Positions 11,740 to 22,372 of a stretch of 64,000 bases of DNA are shown piece after piece. Origin of the DNA: Mayamaea pseudoterrestris (taxonomy: Eukaryota). The DNA lies in assembly GCA_027923505.1 (NCBI GenBank), contig BROI01000003.1:1116001-1180000 (forward strand), written 5' to 3'. Under the pieces are notes generated by a model. It did not search any database, had not been told where the DNA came from, and saw nothing but the letters and a program-made list of their open reading frames with translations. A program made the translations under genes and the position numbers. Position 1 is the stretch's first letter; each line of letters begins with the position of its first letter.

Positions 11740-12606
11740 GATTGGAGATGTTTAGTTGTTGGTGTTGTATGATCAAGTCAATATTATGAAGACGTGGAGA
11801 GCCAAGGGCGATTCGATGATGCGGTTTTGGGTGAAGATCGAATGGAATGGATGTTCGCATGGATCCTCTTCGAGCTTCTCAGGAGATGGTGAAGTGAAAA
11901 CGTCATCGTGTCGCATCATAACTCGTGGTTTAGCTAAGAAGTCTTCGATCGTCCGAAACTTTGAATGCGGACGTCAAACCATCTGCCCGAGGTGTGTCAG
12001 AAGGCATAATATAATCTCTTTGGCCTCCTGTCCTAATTCATGGAACAATGCTACTATGATACCTACAGGTAGTATGCTAACACCCTACTACGAATGTCTG
12101 TGAGCTGCAATCGAGCCATCCTATGTGCTAGCTTTTCCCTTTGTCCACGATCTTGCTTAAAGTTACATTGCGGGCAAAAAAAAATTTCATAGACCAGATT
12201 AGCTGGAAGGCAATGAGACGAATGCTTCTCGCTGCCTGTTTGCCATAATAATGGCTTGTCATGAACGACGCGTCAAGACGAAGCTTCGTTCCCCGTTCCA
12301 ATAGCTACGGTATTGGACGCCCAATGAAGACTCCCGCTTCCCAAACTCGCATTGCTTTACAGAAGGGATGGATCTTAATCGCTACACGAGGATATAAAGG
12401 GACGCGACGAAGCACATTTTTGGCGAAACATTTCAAAGTCGGGCGCCTTGCCAATGTTCATCGGAATCTCGTATCTCTTCTGGCACTCTTCCTATAAAGT
12501 AAATTAAATTTACATGCACGACTACTACGACTTTACGTGTCTTACATAAAGTCCAAGTTCCATGTACGTGGACAATCACTGGGCCCAACTTTGATGACAG
12601 CATTCA

Positions 12607-14151
12607 TCAACCCTCCTTGGTCTGATCGTCCAGATTACCCGTCATATCAGTCTTGTCCAAAACGCCCAAGGCCGACTGTACGACCCAGTCAAAAACATCT
12701 CCACCTTCCCCAGTGTTACTCTTGACGGCTGACTCCTCCTCATCGAGGTGATCAAAGACTTCGCCAGCACCCAAACCCGCTTGAATGCGATGCTTGCGGT
12801 TGTCATAGTCGTCCGGATCTTCCACTTCAGGCCGCTCCCACTTGTTCTTCCAGTCCAACGGAGGCTTCTTTTCGCGTTCCGGAATGTAGACACCACCGTC
12901 CGGAACGTAGGGGTCCAAGATTTGCGCCTCGTCTACATCCTTGTCCTTGGGGTAGTTCATGTCGCGGCCAGCATAGTCCCAGTCTGGGTCTTCCTCATGT
13001 TCCTTCTCAATAGGTCGGAGCACAACCTTTTCCTGTGGGTTGTTTGGATCCGGAATGGCACCAGCGCCACGCAAGCGACGGTTCGGGTCCGGATCCGTCT
13101 CGTCAATCTTACCGTAGCCGCGACGCTTGCGAACTTCCTCGTCTTCCTCCTCGTCTTGAATGTTGCCCGATCCGCGTCCACCACGAACATCCTCCACATC
13201 TTCATACTCGTCCAACTGACCGGATCCTCCCTTGCGGCGCATGTCTTCGTCTTCCTCATACTGATCAATATGACCCGCACCCTTTTTACCGCGCACTTCC
13301 TCCTCATCTTCGTATCTACGCGGCGGAACCGCCATGATTGCCGCCGGCGCCATCATGGCCGGCTCCGCCATAATGTCGCGGTCCTGACTGGGCGGCACTT
13401 CGGACGGCGCCTGCTCCACGTCTTCCGTCACTTCCTTGACTTCCTCCACTTCCTCCTCATCCACGGCCCGACGGCGCTTCCACAAGCAGCAAAATCCAAG
13501 GCAGCAAAGCAGAAGTAATCCAAGAATGGCGCCAACAATGATGCCAGCCTTTTCACCAGCCGAGAGACCTGTTTCCGGCGCCGCCGGCACGACAGCACCC
13601 GCACCAGCAAACATGAGTGGCGGCGGGTCGTTGGGATTGTACAAATCCGGCTTGCACCCGCGCGGTTCCGGAATGGTGCCATCCGTCACGCGACAAACCG
13701 CCGTCAAGTAGGCGGCTTGCTCGGAAGTGCGCGACGGATCGAGGGAGCCTGACGTGTCAATTTGGGCATTCTGGCCCAAGCAGCAGTTGAAGCTGGCGCC
13801 TTCCTGCGAGCGACAGCGACACGCTAAAGCATTAAACGCAGCTGCTTGATTGAGAGACAATTGATCCGTTTGGTGGCAAATGCGCTTGCCGTACTCTTGA
13901 ATGAAACCCAAGTACTCGTAGTCCTTGATGAAACCGTCGCCGTCCTTGTCGGATGCCGCCAAGTCGGAAAAGCAGCCGGCGTAGTCCAAGGAAGAGTCCC
14001 AGTCTTCCGTGAAGGAAGGATCGACAACGTTGTTTCCATTGTTTGATGTACCGCCGCCGTTATTGTTGTTGTTTTGCGCCATGCTTGTTGGAAGAATAAT
14101 GGCCGTGACGGCGAGGGAAAGGAGGAGCCTGGTTGCAGACGACGTTTTCAT
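12607..14151 (-). CDS. type I membrane protein: signal peptide, EF-hand-like Cys-rich ectodomain, TM, acidic repeat-containing cytoplasmic tail
   Basis: MKTSSATRLLLSLAVTAIILPTSMA signal; DKDGDGFIKDYE EF-loop; TM GIIVGAILGLLLLCCLGFCCLW followed by KRRR stop-transfer. Confidence 0.8.
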   Translation of the reverse strand: MKTSSATRLLLSLAVTAIILPTSMAQNNNNNGGGTSNNGNNVVDPSFTEDWDSSLDYAGCFSDLAASDKDGDGFIKDYEYLGFIQEYGKRICHQTDQLSLNQAAAFNALACRCRSQEGASFNCCLGQNAQIDTSGSLDPSRTSEQAAYLTAVCRVTDGTIPEPRGCKPDLYNPNDPPPLMFAGAGAVVPAAPETGLSAGEKAGIIVGAILGLLLLCCLGFCCLWKRRRAVDEEEVEEVKEVTEDVEQAPSEVPPSQDRDIMAEPAMMAPAAIMAVPPRRYEDEEEVRGKKGAGHIDQYEEDEDMRRKGGSGQLDEYEDVEDVRGGRGSGNIQDEEEDEEVRKRRGYGKIDETDPDPNRRLRGAGAIPDPNNPQEKVVLRPIEKEHEEDPDWDYAGRDMNYPKDKDVDEAQILDPYVPDGGVYIPEREKKPPLDWKNKWERPEVEDPDDYDNRKHRIQAGLGAGEVFDHLDEEESAVKSNTGEGGDVFDWVVQSALGVLDKTDMTGNLDDQTKEG

Positions 14152-15046
14152 TGTTAAAAAAAGGTCACTGGTTGCTATACTAATGAGTGCTTGATTGAAT
14201 CCTTGACTCAATTATTTGTCGAGAGAAACGACTCGGGCTATCAATTGTTCTGTAGAGTGGAAGGATCTTTATAGACCCACTGCTAGTTTCTTCTGTTGGG
14301 TGAGAAGAGAGAAGAGGTGCAAAAGCGATGAGACTTGTAAATCAAGCAAAGTAGAATTACAAAATGCAGCACTCGTCAATTACAAAAAGACGACAAGAGG
14401 CTCTGGCGACGACATTCACTCTCGTGTAGTGAATGTTCGATCCAAGAAGGCGATGAAGAATTTCAATCTCAAGCATCAGTCGCTGAGCTCGCTTTGCAAG
14501 GACTGTAGACATCCATCGAGCCGTTTTCCAGCTAATGCCTCCAATACCCACCTCTTTTTCTCTGCTATGATGAAGCAAGACTATTCTTTCACGGTCGCCT
14601 TGTTCGAATGGTCGACGGACGAAAAGCAGCAGCCTTGCATGAAGCCACACTCGTATCTCGCTTGGGTCATTCGCGCGATCAAACAATCGAATGACCCTTG
14701 CGTGCGAGTGTCTTGGGTCTAAGTTTTCAACATTACGTCAGCGAATCATAGTCAGTCAATCGAGTCGCAGAGTGAGTATTCAATCGCTCATAACCAATCA
14801 GATTCAGGTCATTTTCGTGCAACCTTTGGATTTTTTCTTATGACGATGCGACATTAGGCGATCGTGCCAAATTTTGGATGCGCCTGCCGCGCGCGCGAAC
14901 GGACTTGAGGTGCGTTTGGCGAGCGATCGTCACCATCCGATCGATCAACAAACATTGCATTGAACTGTACTCGTATCATACAATCATAACTGCTCGTCGG
15001 TCCTATTTTCCTAGCCAATACGCCTGCACTTTCAAAGGCATCACAT

Positions 15047-16258
15047 ATGGTTTCTCTGTCGGAATGCTTGCGACTCCTCATCGTTTGGGTGGTTTGCTTT
15101 GTCGCCGTGAATTTCGTAAGCGGCAAAATCGCTTGGCAGTAAGACCGACGAGTCATACGGAGTGGATCCGTTCGAACAAACCAAGGCAAACATGCAATGT
15201 CAAAAGTATCAGTCAATGAATCTGATTACTTATCTAGTCTTGGCATATCGATTGGTCCATTTCCAGAGTGGAACGCATCATCCCTTCCAGTTCCATGCTT
15301 GCCGCTCGATCATGCCTGGAAGCAACCCGCCACGCAAACGTCGCCCGCCACCACGGGCATACTCTTCGTCAAGACGCCAAAGACGGCATCCTCCACGGCG
15401 GCATCCGTCACGCTGCGGCTCGCCTACTCTGCAGCAGCGAAACGAAATAACAACAATCATGACTTGCTGTGCCGGAACCGCATCAAACATTTTGCGCACG
15501 AAATGAACTATTTGAATCGAGACAAGCGAAGCAGCTTACTTTGGAGCATGGTGCGAGATCCAACCTCGCGCGCAATATCGGAATATTTTCACTTTCGCGT
15601 GTCGCGGCAACACGTTGAGCCATCCGACGACGATTTCATGGCCTACGTGAAACGCAAGCGACAGGCGCTCACGTCGCTCCAACTCCAGTACTTGGCCTTG
15701 CGTGAAAACGTCAATGACGATCCCGCGCAAGTGATTCAGGAAATATTCCGCGAGTACAATTTCATTGGCGTGACGGAGCGCTTCGACGAGTCGGTGGTGG
15801 TGCTGCAAATGCTGCTGAGGCTGGAGCCGCTCGATACCATGTATTTGAGCTCCAAGAGTAGCGGCGGTTTTGACGATGGACGGTCCAACGGCGGCCAATG
15901 CGTGCGCATTCGAGGAACTGTCGTTAGTCATAAAATGACCGAGTATTTGGAGAGTGACGAGTGGAAAAGTATCATTCATTGGGACGAAGTCTTGCACAAG
16001 GCTGCCAATCACGCGCTCGACTTGCGGATTGAGCAACTGGGACGCGACGAGTTTCAACGCCACCTTGCCACGTTTCAAGCGATGCGACAAAGAGTCGAAG
16101 CAACGTGCGCCAACAAAGTGAGACTGCCATGTTCGTCGACAGGTGTCAAGCGAACCGCAAAAGACACGGATTGCCTGTTGAACGACATGGGATGTGGCTT
16201 TGACTGCATGGATTCCATCGACTGGGAGAATGCTACTGTCGATGATGTGATACTATAA
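15047..16258 (+). CDS. Golgi-type (galactose-3-O-sulfotransferase-like) sulfotransferase; probably 2 exons
   Basis: PAPS-binding FVKTPKTASST, MVRDPTSRAISEYFH, FIGVTERFDES. An in-frame TM-coding start at 15047 (MVSLSECLRLLIVWVVCFVAV) is joined by a predicted intron 15139-15237 (GTAAGA…CTAG) that removes the TAA at 15140. Confidence 0.8.
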
Positions 16259-16816
16259 AGCAACTCTAGACGTGGCTTGCGCGTCGACGATTGTTGCACG
16301 AATCTGTGCGCCCTACTCTCAATTAGGGCAATGTACGCGAATCCACTCGTGGCGACGTGGGCGCATTGTATGCATGAGTGCCGACGAACGTGGCCACATT
16401 GACGCGCAGTGAGCGATGCATGCGGCAATTTTATTATCCGCATTGAGCAAGGAGACGTGATAAATCGTCGGTTGTCGACTCTAGTAGATATACTTAAAAC
16501 GGCACGTTTAACGGCAATGCATTCGCCAGCGCCTCATTTTATGTGTTCTGATATATCTTATATGGCTGAATCGCCGCTGTTTGATTGTCGGTCCGGATGT
16601 ATCGCTTGATTGCCTGCAAGCAGGTACATGCTTGATAGCTAGCTAGATACCATGACGTCACGCAGATCTTGGCGAGTGAGGCCGCGCGCGTCACGCTGCC
16701 AAGCAAATTGCCGCCGTTGGCACTGACCCAGCCTGTGGAGTTGGATGCCAGGTTGGTCTATCAGTGGGCGGTTGCAATGGATAGGCAGTTATATAGCTAA
16801 CAGCTTGTGCGGGACC

Positions 16817-17078
16817 TGTTCGCAAGAGACTCTTCGTACTGTTCGCAAGAGACTGCGGATGGGTAGCTATCCGTCTATTGCCTACAAAAGCGTCACGCGT
16901 ACTGTTCGCAAGATACAGTGGCCGGGTGGCTATGTGACATAAGATGTCGCAATGGGTTTTGTTCGCAAGAGACTGCGGATGGGTAGCTATCCGTCTATTG
17001 CCTACAAAAGCGTCACGCGTACTGTTCGCAAGATACAGTGGCCGGGTAGCTATGTGACATAATATGTCGCAATGGGTT
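16817..17078. repeat. near-perfect 120-bp tandem duplication (16841-16960, 16961-17078) with recurrent (CT)GTTCGCAAGA motif
   Basis: Two copies differ at only a few bases; the GTTCGCAAGA core occurs five times (~16818, 16841, 16904, 16961, 17024). Confidence 0.9.
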
Positions 17079-17259
17079 ACGGACACACGCACACGTAAAA
17101 CTTTTAACTCACTGAGCCCGTTCCGGGTCAGTGATAATTCCGTGAAGCGAAACGCAACCGAAGATCAAATCTTATTCGGCGCAATTGTATCATACTCGTA
17201 CCATTGCATCCTTATTTCTGGCTGCTACTCCTTCTTCTATTCGTCATTCATTCATTAGC

Positions 17260-18245
17260 ATGCCCAAGCTGACCAAGCCGCTGCGATCCTCGAGTCGCCG
17301 CGCCGCCGCTCAATCGAGTCCTTACGCAGCTGCTGCTGCTTCAACGCAATCTACTGATTCTTGGTCTGGCTACTACGAAAAACTCGTCGACTACTATAAC
17401 GAGCATGGCAACGCTGACGTTCCGCTGCACTACTACTTGGATCCAAGCTTGGGAGCCTGGGTGCAGGAGCAGCGTGACTTGCATCATTCGACGAATTTGA
17501 GCAAGGATCGCTATGATGCGCTCGATGAACTGGAGTTCGAGTGGGAGCTGGAGGAAGTGCGATACAGTAACAAACGTTCTCCGGCAATGAAGAAACAAAA
17601 GAAGGATTCAAAGGAGCAGCCGAAGACGCAGCCGGAGCAGCAGACGCAGCAGCGGAAGCAGCAGCAAGAGCAAGCAACGAAAACTCTTGCTGCTCCGGCT
17701 CGTTCCGCTTCAAAAGCTGCAACGGCAGACGCTAGCTGGAACCGCAATTTCGCCAAGCTCCAAGCCTACCATGAGAAACACGGTCACTTGCATCAAATTT
17801 GGAAGCAAACCCATTCGCTGGCCACGTGGGCCGATTTGCAAAAGTCCTTTACGCGTCGGGCCAGCTGGAATCAGAAAAGTACAATCAGCTGGATCAGCTT
17901 GGATTTTGGAGCGAGCACGCGCTGTCGCCGCCTCGCGGAACACGTGGAAATGATGGTGATAATGATGGTGATAATGAAGAAGAAGATGAAGCAGTTGCAG
18001 CAGCAGCAGACAAGACTACAGTCAACGAAGCTCCTCCTGCAGCTCCAGTCAACGAAGCTCCTGCTCCTGCTCCAGTCAATGAGCAAGCTCCTCCTGTAGC
18101 TCCAGTCAATGAGCGAGCTCCTCCTGCTGATCCAGTCAATGTGCAAGCTCCCTCTGCTGATCCAGTCAATGAGGTTGCAGTAGCGGCAGTCGTTCCGGCC
18201 GCAATGGTGGCCGAGGAGCCCCCCAAACGCTGCATCATCATGTAG
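17260..18245 (+). CDS. protein with two helicase-associated (HA) domains, Pro/Ala repeat tail and C-terminal CaaX; apparent 1-bp frameshift near 17840
   Basis: HA1 WSGYYEKLVDYYNEHGNADVP…LGAWVQEQR…LDELEFEW. HA2 WNRNFAKLQAYHEKHGH…LATWADLQK continues as VLYASGQLESEKYNQLDQLGFW in another frame after an A-run. Ends PPKRCIIM*. Confidence 0.8.
18021..18173 (+). repeat. coding minisatellite, 27-30 bp units (VNE[Q/R]APPAAP)
   Basis: Five units starting GTCAA(C/T)G plus a partial sixth. Confidence 0.85.
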
Positions 18246-18733
18246 AAATGGAATCATTTCAATTGAAAAAGGATCTATGACGGAATGATAATTGATAAGT
18301 ACTATGTAAAGCATTTGTTACACGTGACGAAGCATCGATTTGACTAGTACGCTCATGCATATGCAGCGACTATGGAAGAAAACCTTTTCCTTCGCCCGTT
18401 CGCCTACTCGGCCAATCGCGCCGTGCAACAAAGCCCGAGAGTCTCATTGTATGATGCGTATAACAGGTTTGGATCATGTTGCTACCGATAGCTTATGATA
18501 CATGCCATACTCCAAATTGTCGATAAGGCTTGGTAGTTGTAGTAAATCCTTTCATTTACCTTCATGAAAAGCCCATTTGATGAGTCATTTAAGTCTCTTC
18601 GATGGCGTTCTCAAAACTGCTATTTAAACGTAAATTGCATCATAGGCGAACTCTTAGGAGTAGGTTAGTCATTTTTGATCGTGACAAAAACCCAAAACGT
18701 CCCAAGACCACATGCGTTTCTGCAATTGTAGTT

Positions 18734-20245
18734 ATGCACCATCCTCCTCCTCCTCCTCCTTCCGCCGCTATATATACCATGATTGCGTCTCCCAAGAGCG
18801 TCGCCTTTACGCTGGTGGCTCTAGTGTCGACCCATCTACTGTCGCTGTCGCAGTTACAACTGTCGAGAGAAGTAGATATTCGAAAGTCACAGAATGCAAC
18901 AAACGCGGCACCAGATCAATCCAGAAGCAATAGCAACCAAAACCAACATAGAAACATACTAGTACAAAATCAAGACAAGTATTTTCACGTGAAACTCATA
19001 CCCAATGCATTGCCCGACCAACTATACTACGAGGGGAACGCGCTGGACAATTACCGATGCGGCAACGAGGGACGCCACCCGTTTCCAAGCAACATGCAAG
19101 CGACGCTGCAATCAGCCTACACGCCCTACATTGACGCGAACATGAATCTCATCGTCATGGGCGACTCGCTGGCCATGCAACTGTCCATCTTGTTGCAGAG
19201 TGCCGCGTTTGGTGAAGCAGATGCAACAAGCAGCAGCTACAACCACTCCTCCACCACACTCTCCAACCAGCATCGCTTGATCTTGCGCTGCTACTCCAAA
19301 GGCTGCATGCGCGACGTTTATACAATGGCGCCGACGCGCGGTGGATCGAGCATTGCGGCGTGGCGCTTGACCGGCATGCTGCAAAATGCTGGACTGTCAA
19401 AGCCACTACCCCCGAAACGAGGCGGTGGCTGGCGACTGGAAACGCTGCAACAAATGAAGGAACACGTTTGGTCGAGTCAAACAGAAGCTACTACTGCTAC
19501 TGCTACTGCCAATCAAAGCAGCTTGTCCAAAGTAATGACGATGCCAATCAAAGCATTGACTTCCTTTGACGTCATGCTCTTTCGCATTCCGCAAATTTGG
19601 ATTCCACTGCGTGCCGTCAATAACGACTCGCTGCGAGAGACGGTGGAGCTTGCCTCGTCCGTCTTTGGCGTGACAACAATCATTTTCGTCAACCTTCCAC
19701 TCACGCGGCACTACCAGGATGCGGCTGGTGTGGCGGAAACCAACTTGCGCGTGCGAACCTTTGTCAATGAGATGCAGCAACAGCAACGCCACGCTTCATC
19801 GAATGCAACCACAATCAACGTCATGCTGCTGGAGCTCGGCACACTCATTACGGAGCTTGGCGCTTGGAACGCCGGCAACCTTGGCTACAATGCTTCGCGC
19901 AGTGACTATGTGAAACACGACATACCGGGGTTCCATGGACCGATCCGTCGACCCATTGCCACCAACTGCCTGGAGGTGCCGAGTGTGAATGTGACTACAG
20001 CGAATAGTACATTTACAGCAAGCACCAGCAGTAACGCTACTACTGCAGTATCAGCAATCGCTTGCCCCTTGAACATGATTTTTGCCGATGGCGTGCACAT
20101 GTGCATGGAAACCTTTGGGCCACGGATTGTGGCCGGCGTTGGTTGCCTCGTCCATTGTGCTAATGATGCCGACTTGCAAACGTGCGAACAAATGTGCAAC
20201 GAAAAATGGATGAGATTGGACTTGCCGAGTACAAGCGTGGATTGA
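18734..20245 (+). CDS. membrane-anchored SGNH/GDSL-fold protein (esterase/acetyltransferase-like)
   Basis: N-terminal hydrophobic anchor (VAFTLVALVSTHLL), IVMGDSLAMQ, C-terminal ADGVHMC (DxxH); long intronless ORF. Confidence 0.7.
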   Translation: MHHPPPPPPSAAIYTMIASPKSVAFTLVALVSTHLLSLSQLQLSREVDIRKSQNATNAAPDQSRSNSNQNQHRNILVQNQDKYFHVKLIPNALPDQLYYEGNALDNYRCGNEGRHPFPSNMQATLQSAYTPYIDANMNLIVMGDSLAMQLSILLQSAAFGEADATSSSYNHSSTTLSNQHRLILRCYSKGCMRDVYTMAPTRGGSSIAAWRLTGMLQNAGLSKPLPPKRGGGWRLETLQQMKEHVWSSQTEATTATATANQSSLSKVMTMPIKALTSFDVMLFRIPQIWIPLRAVNNDSLRETVELASSVFGVTTIIFVNLPLTRHYQDAAGVAETNLRVRTFVNEMQQQQRHASSNATTINVMLLELGTLITELGAWNAGNLGYNASRSDYVKHDIPGFHGPIRRPIATNCLEVPSVNVTTANSTFTASTSSNATTAVSAIACPLNMIFADGVHMCMETFGPRIVAGVGCLVHCANDADLQTCEQMCNEKWMRLDLPSTSVD

Positions 20246-20791
20246 TTTGTATGAGAAAGCATGACAGCTTATGTATCGATTATGATTGCGATCGAGCAGA
20301 GAGCGGCACGGTGCTCGGCGGGCTTGATGCTATAATACTTTCGCCTCGTGTTTGCTTGTCATAGTATGCGTTCGCGGATCATCCATTGTCAAACGTTTCG
20401 ACTCTAACTTGATTGATGAATGCAAAGTAGGAACGGATTCGTTGCATATCGCTTGGTAAACGCGTCCATAGTGAATACCTATCGTGTCAAACCAGTCATT
20501 TCTGCTTAGGCATATATGTGTTAAAAATATCAGTTGTGACTATGTATTGCCCTTGACAAACAGAAAATTGCTAAAAAGTCCTGGGGCAATACTGTTTTTG
20601 GACATTTTCGTTAACACGACTGTCACGCTCGTTCCATTCGACGAAAGCCAAACAGTCGCAAGGCTGCTGGCCTCTTGCTTGCGTATGAACAAGTCTTGGC
20701 TTCCTTCCCATCCATCCTTCTTCTACTACTTATACTCTACTACTACTGTCAGCACCTCGGCCTCTCGCTCTCTTTCAAAACAGCAGTCATC

Positions 20792-21964
20792 ATGGTGATG
20801 AAATTAATCTTTGCGTTGTCGCTCATGCTGCCAGCGATTCTTTCCATTGGTTTGCTGCTGCAACAAATTTCCACCTTTCAAGACGAGCAAATGTTTGCCA
20901 TGGACGCGAGCAGCAGTTTCCATCAAGCCGCAATACAAGCAGCAGCAGAAAAGTCTTTATTCTTTACTTTGCAATCATCATTATCATCTACATCTTCTTC
21001 ATCATCATTCATTCCACTCAAAGACTTGCTCAACACCTACAACGAATCCTCCTGCCCCGAGCATTTGTTTCTCATGACGGACGACTTTCACAACCTCACG
21101 GCCGAGTACATTTACAGTCGCATTATTCCCCGCATCATTCACGTCACCGGCAAGTCGCGCTGCGTCTCCGAGCCCTTTCGAAACAACATTAACACTCACT
21201 GGCGCAACAGTTATACCGACCACGCCTTTGTCTACTACAATGATGACGCCGTCAATCGACTGCTCCAGAAACACTGGCCCGCGTTTCCGCATTTGCAGCA
21301 AGTCTTGCAGTGTCTGCAGGGCGGCGCCGCCAAGGCTGACTTGTTTCGGGCCCTCGTGCTCTGGGAGTACGGCGGCATTTACACCGACATGGACAATGCC
21401 GCCACTGGTTTCAACGCGTCATATACTATATCTCCGGATGATCAAGCGTTTTTTGTGATTGAGCAGGGCAAGTTTCTGAGTCAATTCTTCATGGCGTCAA
21501 AGCCCAAGCATCCACTCATGTTCCTGCTGGTGCAGCACATCTTGCATCGCCTCCTGTCGTTGAACCAAGTCGACAAGCAGTACGTTCCGTACGTGACTGG
21601 ACCGGGAGCACTCAAAGCAGCCTATATACACTACATGAACGCGCAGGGACCAAACGAGCCAAACAAGAAGGGTCACTCGAGTCGGTACCACAATCCCAAC
21701 GAGGAGGGAGTCTTTGTTGGCGCGCTCGATAATTCGACCGTCACTGTGAGGGGCAACAATACGGAATCGACGAAATATATTGAACGCAACGTGATTCGAC
21801 GCAAGAATGTCGCCTACGCCGCCATGAACATGACGCACTATAGTGACGAAATCAAGCCGCAGGTTAATTTGGATTCCTGCATGAATCGCATCTACCTAAG
21901 GCAAGTGTTGCAAAGAGACAGTGAGGAGGGGTACAAGCGACTGCTACTGCAGCAGCAGTGGTGA
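20792..21964 (+). CDS. glycosyltransferase family 32 (DxD, OCH1/SUR1-like) type II membrane protein
   Basis: TM anchor, IPRIIH, AKADLFR…LWEYGGIYTDMD, KPKHP, TGPG. Confidence 0.9.
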   Translation: MVMKLIFALSLMLPAILSIGLLLQQISTFQDEQMFAMDASSSFHQAAIQAAAEKSLFFTLQSSLSSTSSSSSFIPLKDLLNTYNESSCPEHLFLMTDDFHNLTAEYIYSRIIPRIIHVTGKSRCVSEPFRNNINTHWRNSYTDHAFVYYNDDAVNRLLQKHWPAFPHLQQVLQCLQGGAAKADLFRALVLWEYGGIYTDMDNAATGFNASYTISPDDQAFFVIEQGKFLSQFFMASKPKHPLMFLLVQHILHRLLSLNQVDKQYVPYVTGPGALKAAYIHYMNAQGPNEPNKKGHSSRYHNPNEEGVFVGALDNSTVTVRGNNTESTKYIERNVIRRKNVAYAAMNMTHYSDEIKPQVNLDSCMNRIYLRQVLQRDSEEGYKRLLLQQQW

Positions 21965-22034
21965 AAACTGTAATGGAGATTGGAATAACTTGATAATGTA
22001 TATAATAAATTTTTGAAAAAAGGAGTTACCGTAG

Positions 22035-22372
22035 ATTAGTTTGGTGCCATGGCTCGCTCCGTGAGAGCAAATGGCGGCCTCACCATAAACTGTTATAAGA
22101 GCGTCCGCAAGGATTGAAAGATAATATGTACACCATGGACAATGCGTCGACTCGACGTGATTCTTTCAGTCTTCATATGACTAAAAGTAGTTGGAGAAGA
22201 GCGCAGTCCTCAGTTAGTTGCCATGACTCACTTCTTGAGAGAGATGGCGGCTATAGAGTGGTATCAGCTATCGCCATTTATTGAAAAGGTTGGAAAGTGT
22301 TCCACGGACGATGCGTCCACTCGACGCGACTCAGCCACGCGTAAAAAGTATTCGGAGAAAAGCGCTGTTCAG
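22035..22372. repeat. old imperfect tandem duplication (~170-180 bp unit)
   Basis: Blocks ttagtt…gccatg.ctc, atggcggc, gga.a.tgcgtc.actcgacg.ga and aaaagta.t.ggaga..agcgc recur in the same order twice. Confidence 0.6.

Noticed and set aside
12748..13518. 256-aa hydrophobic plus-strand ORF
   Set aside because: Antisense shadow of the acidic tail of the minus-strand membrane protein.
16817..17078. Possible CRISPR-like array (recurrent GTTCGCAAGA)
   Set aside because: Core is only 10-12 bp, the intervening sequences are themselves duplicated, the context is eukaryotic and there are no cas genes.
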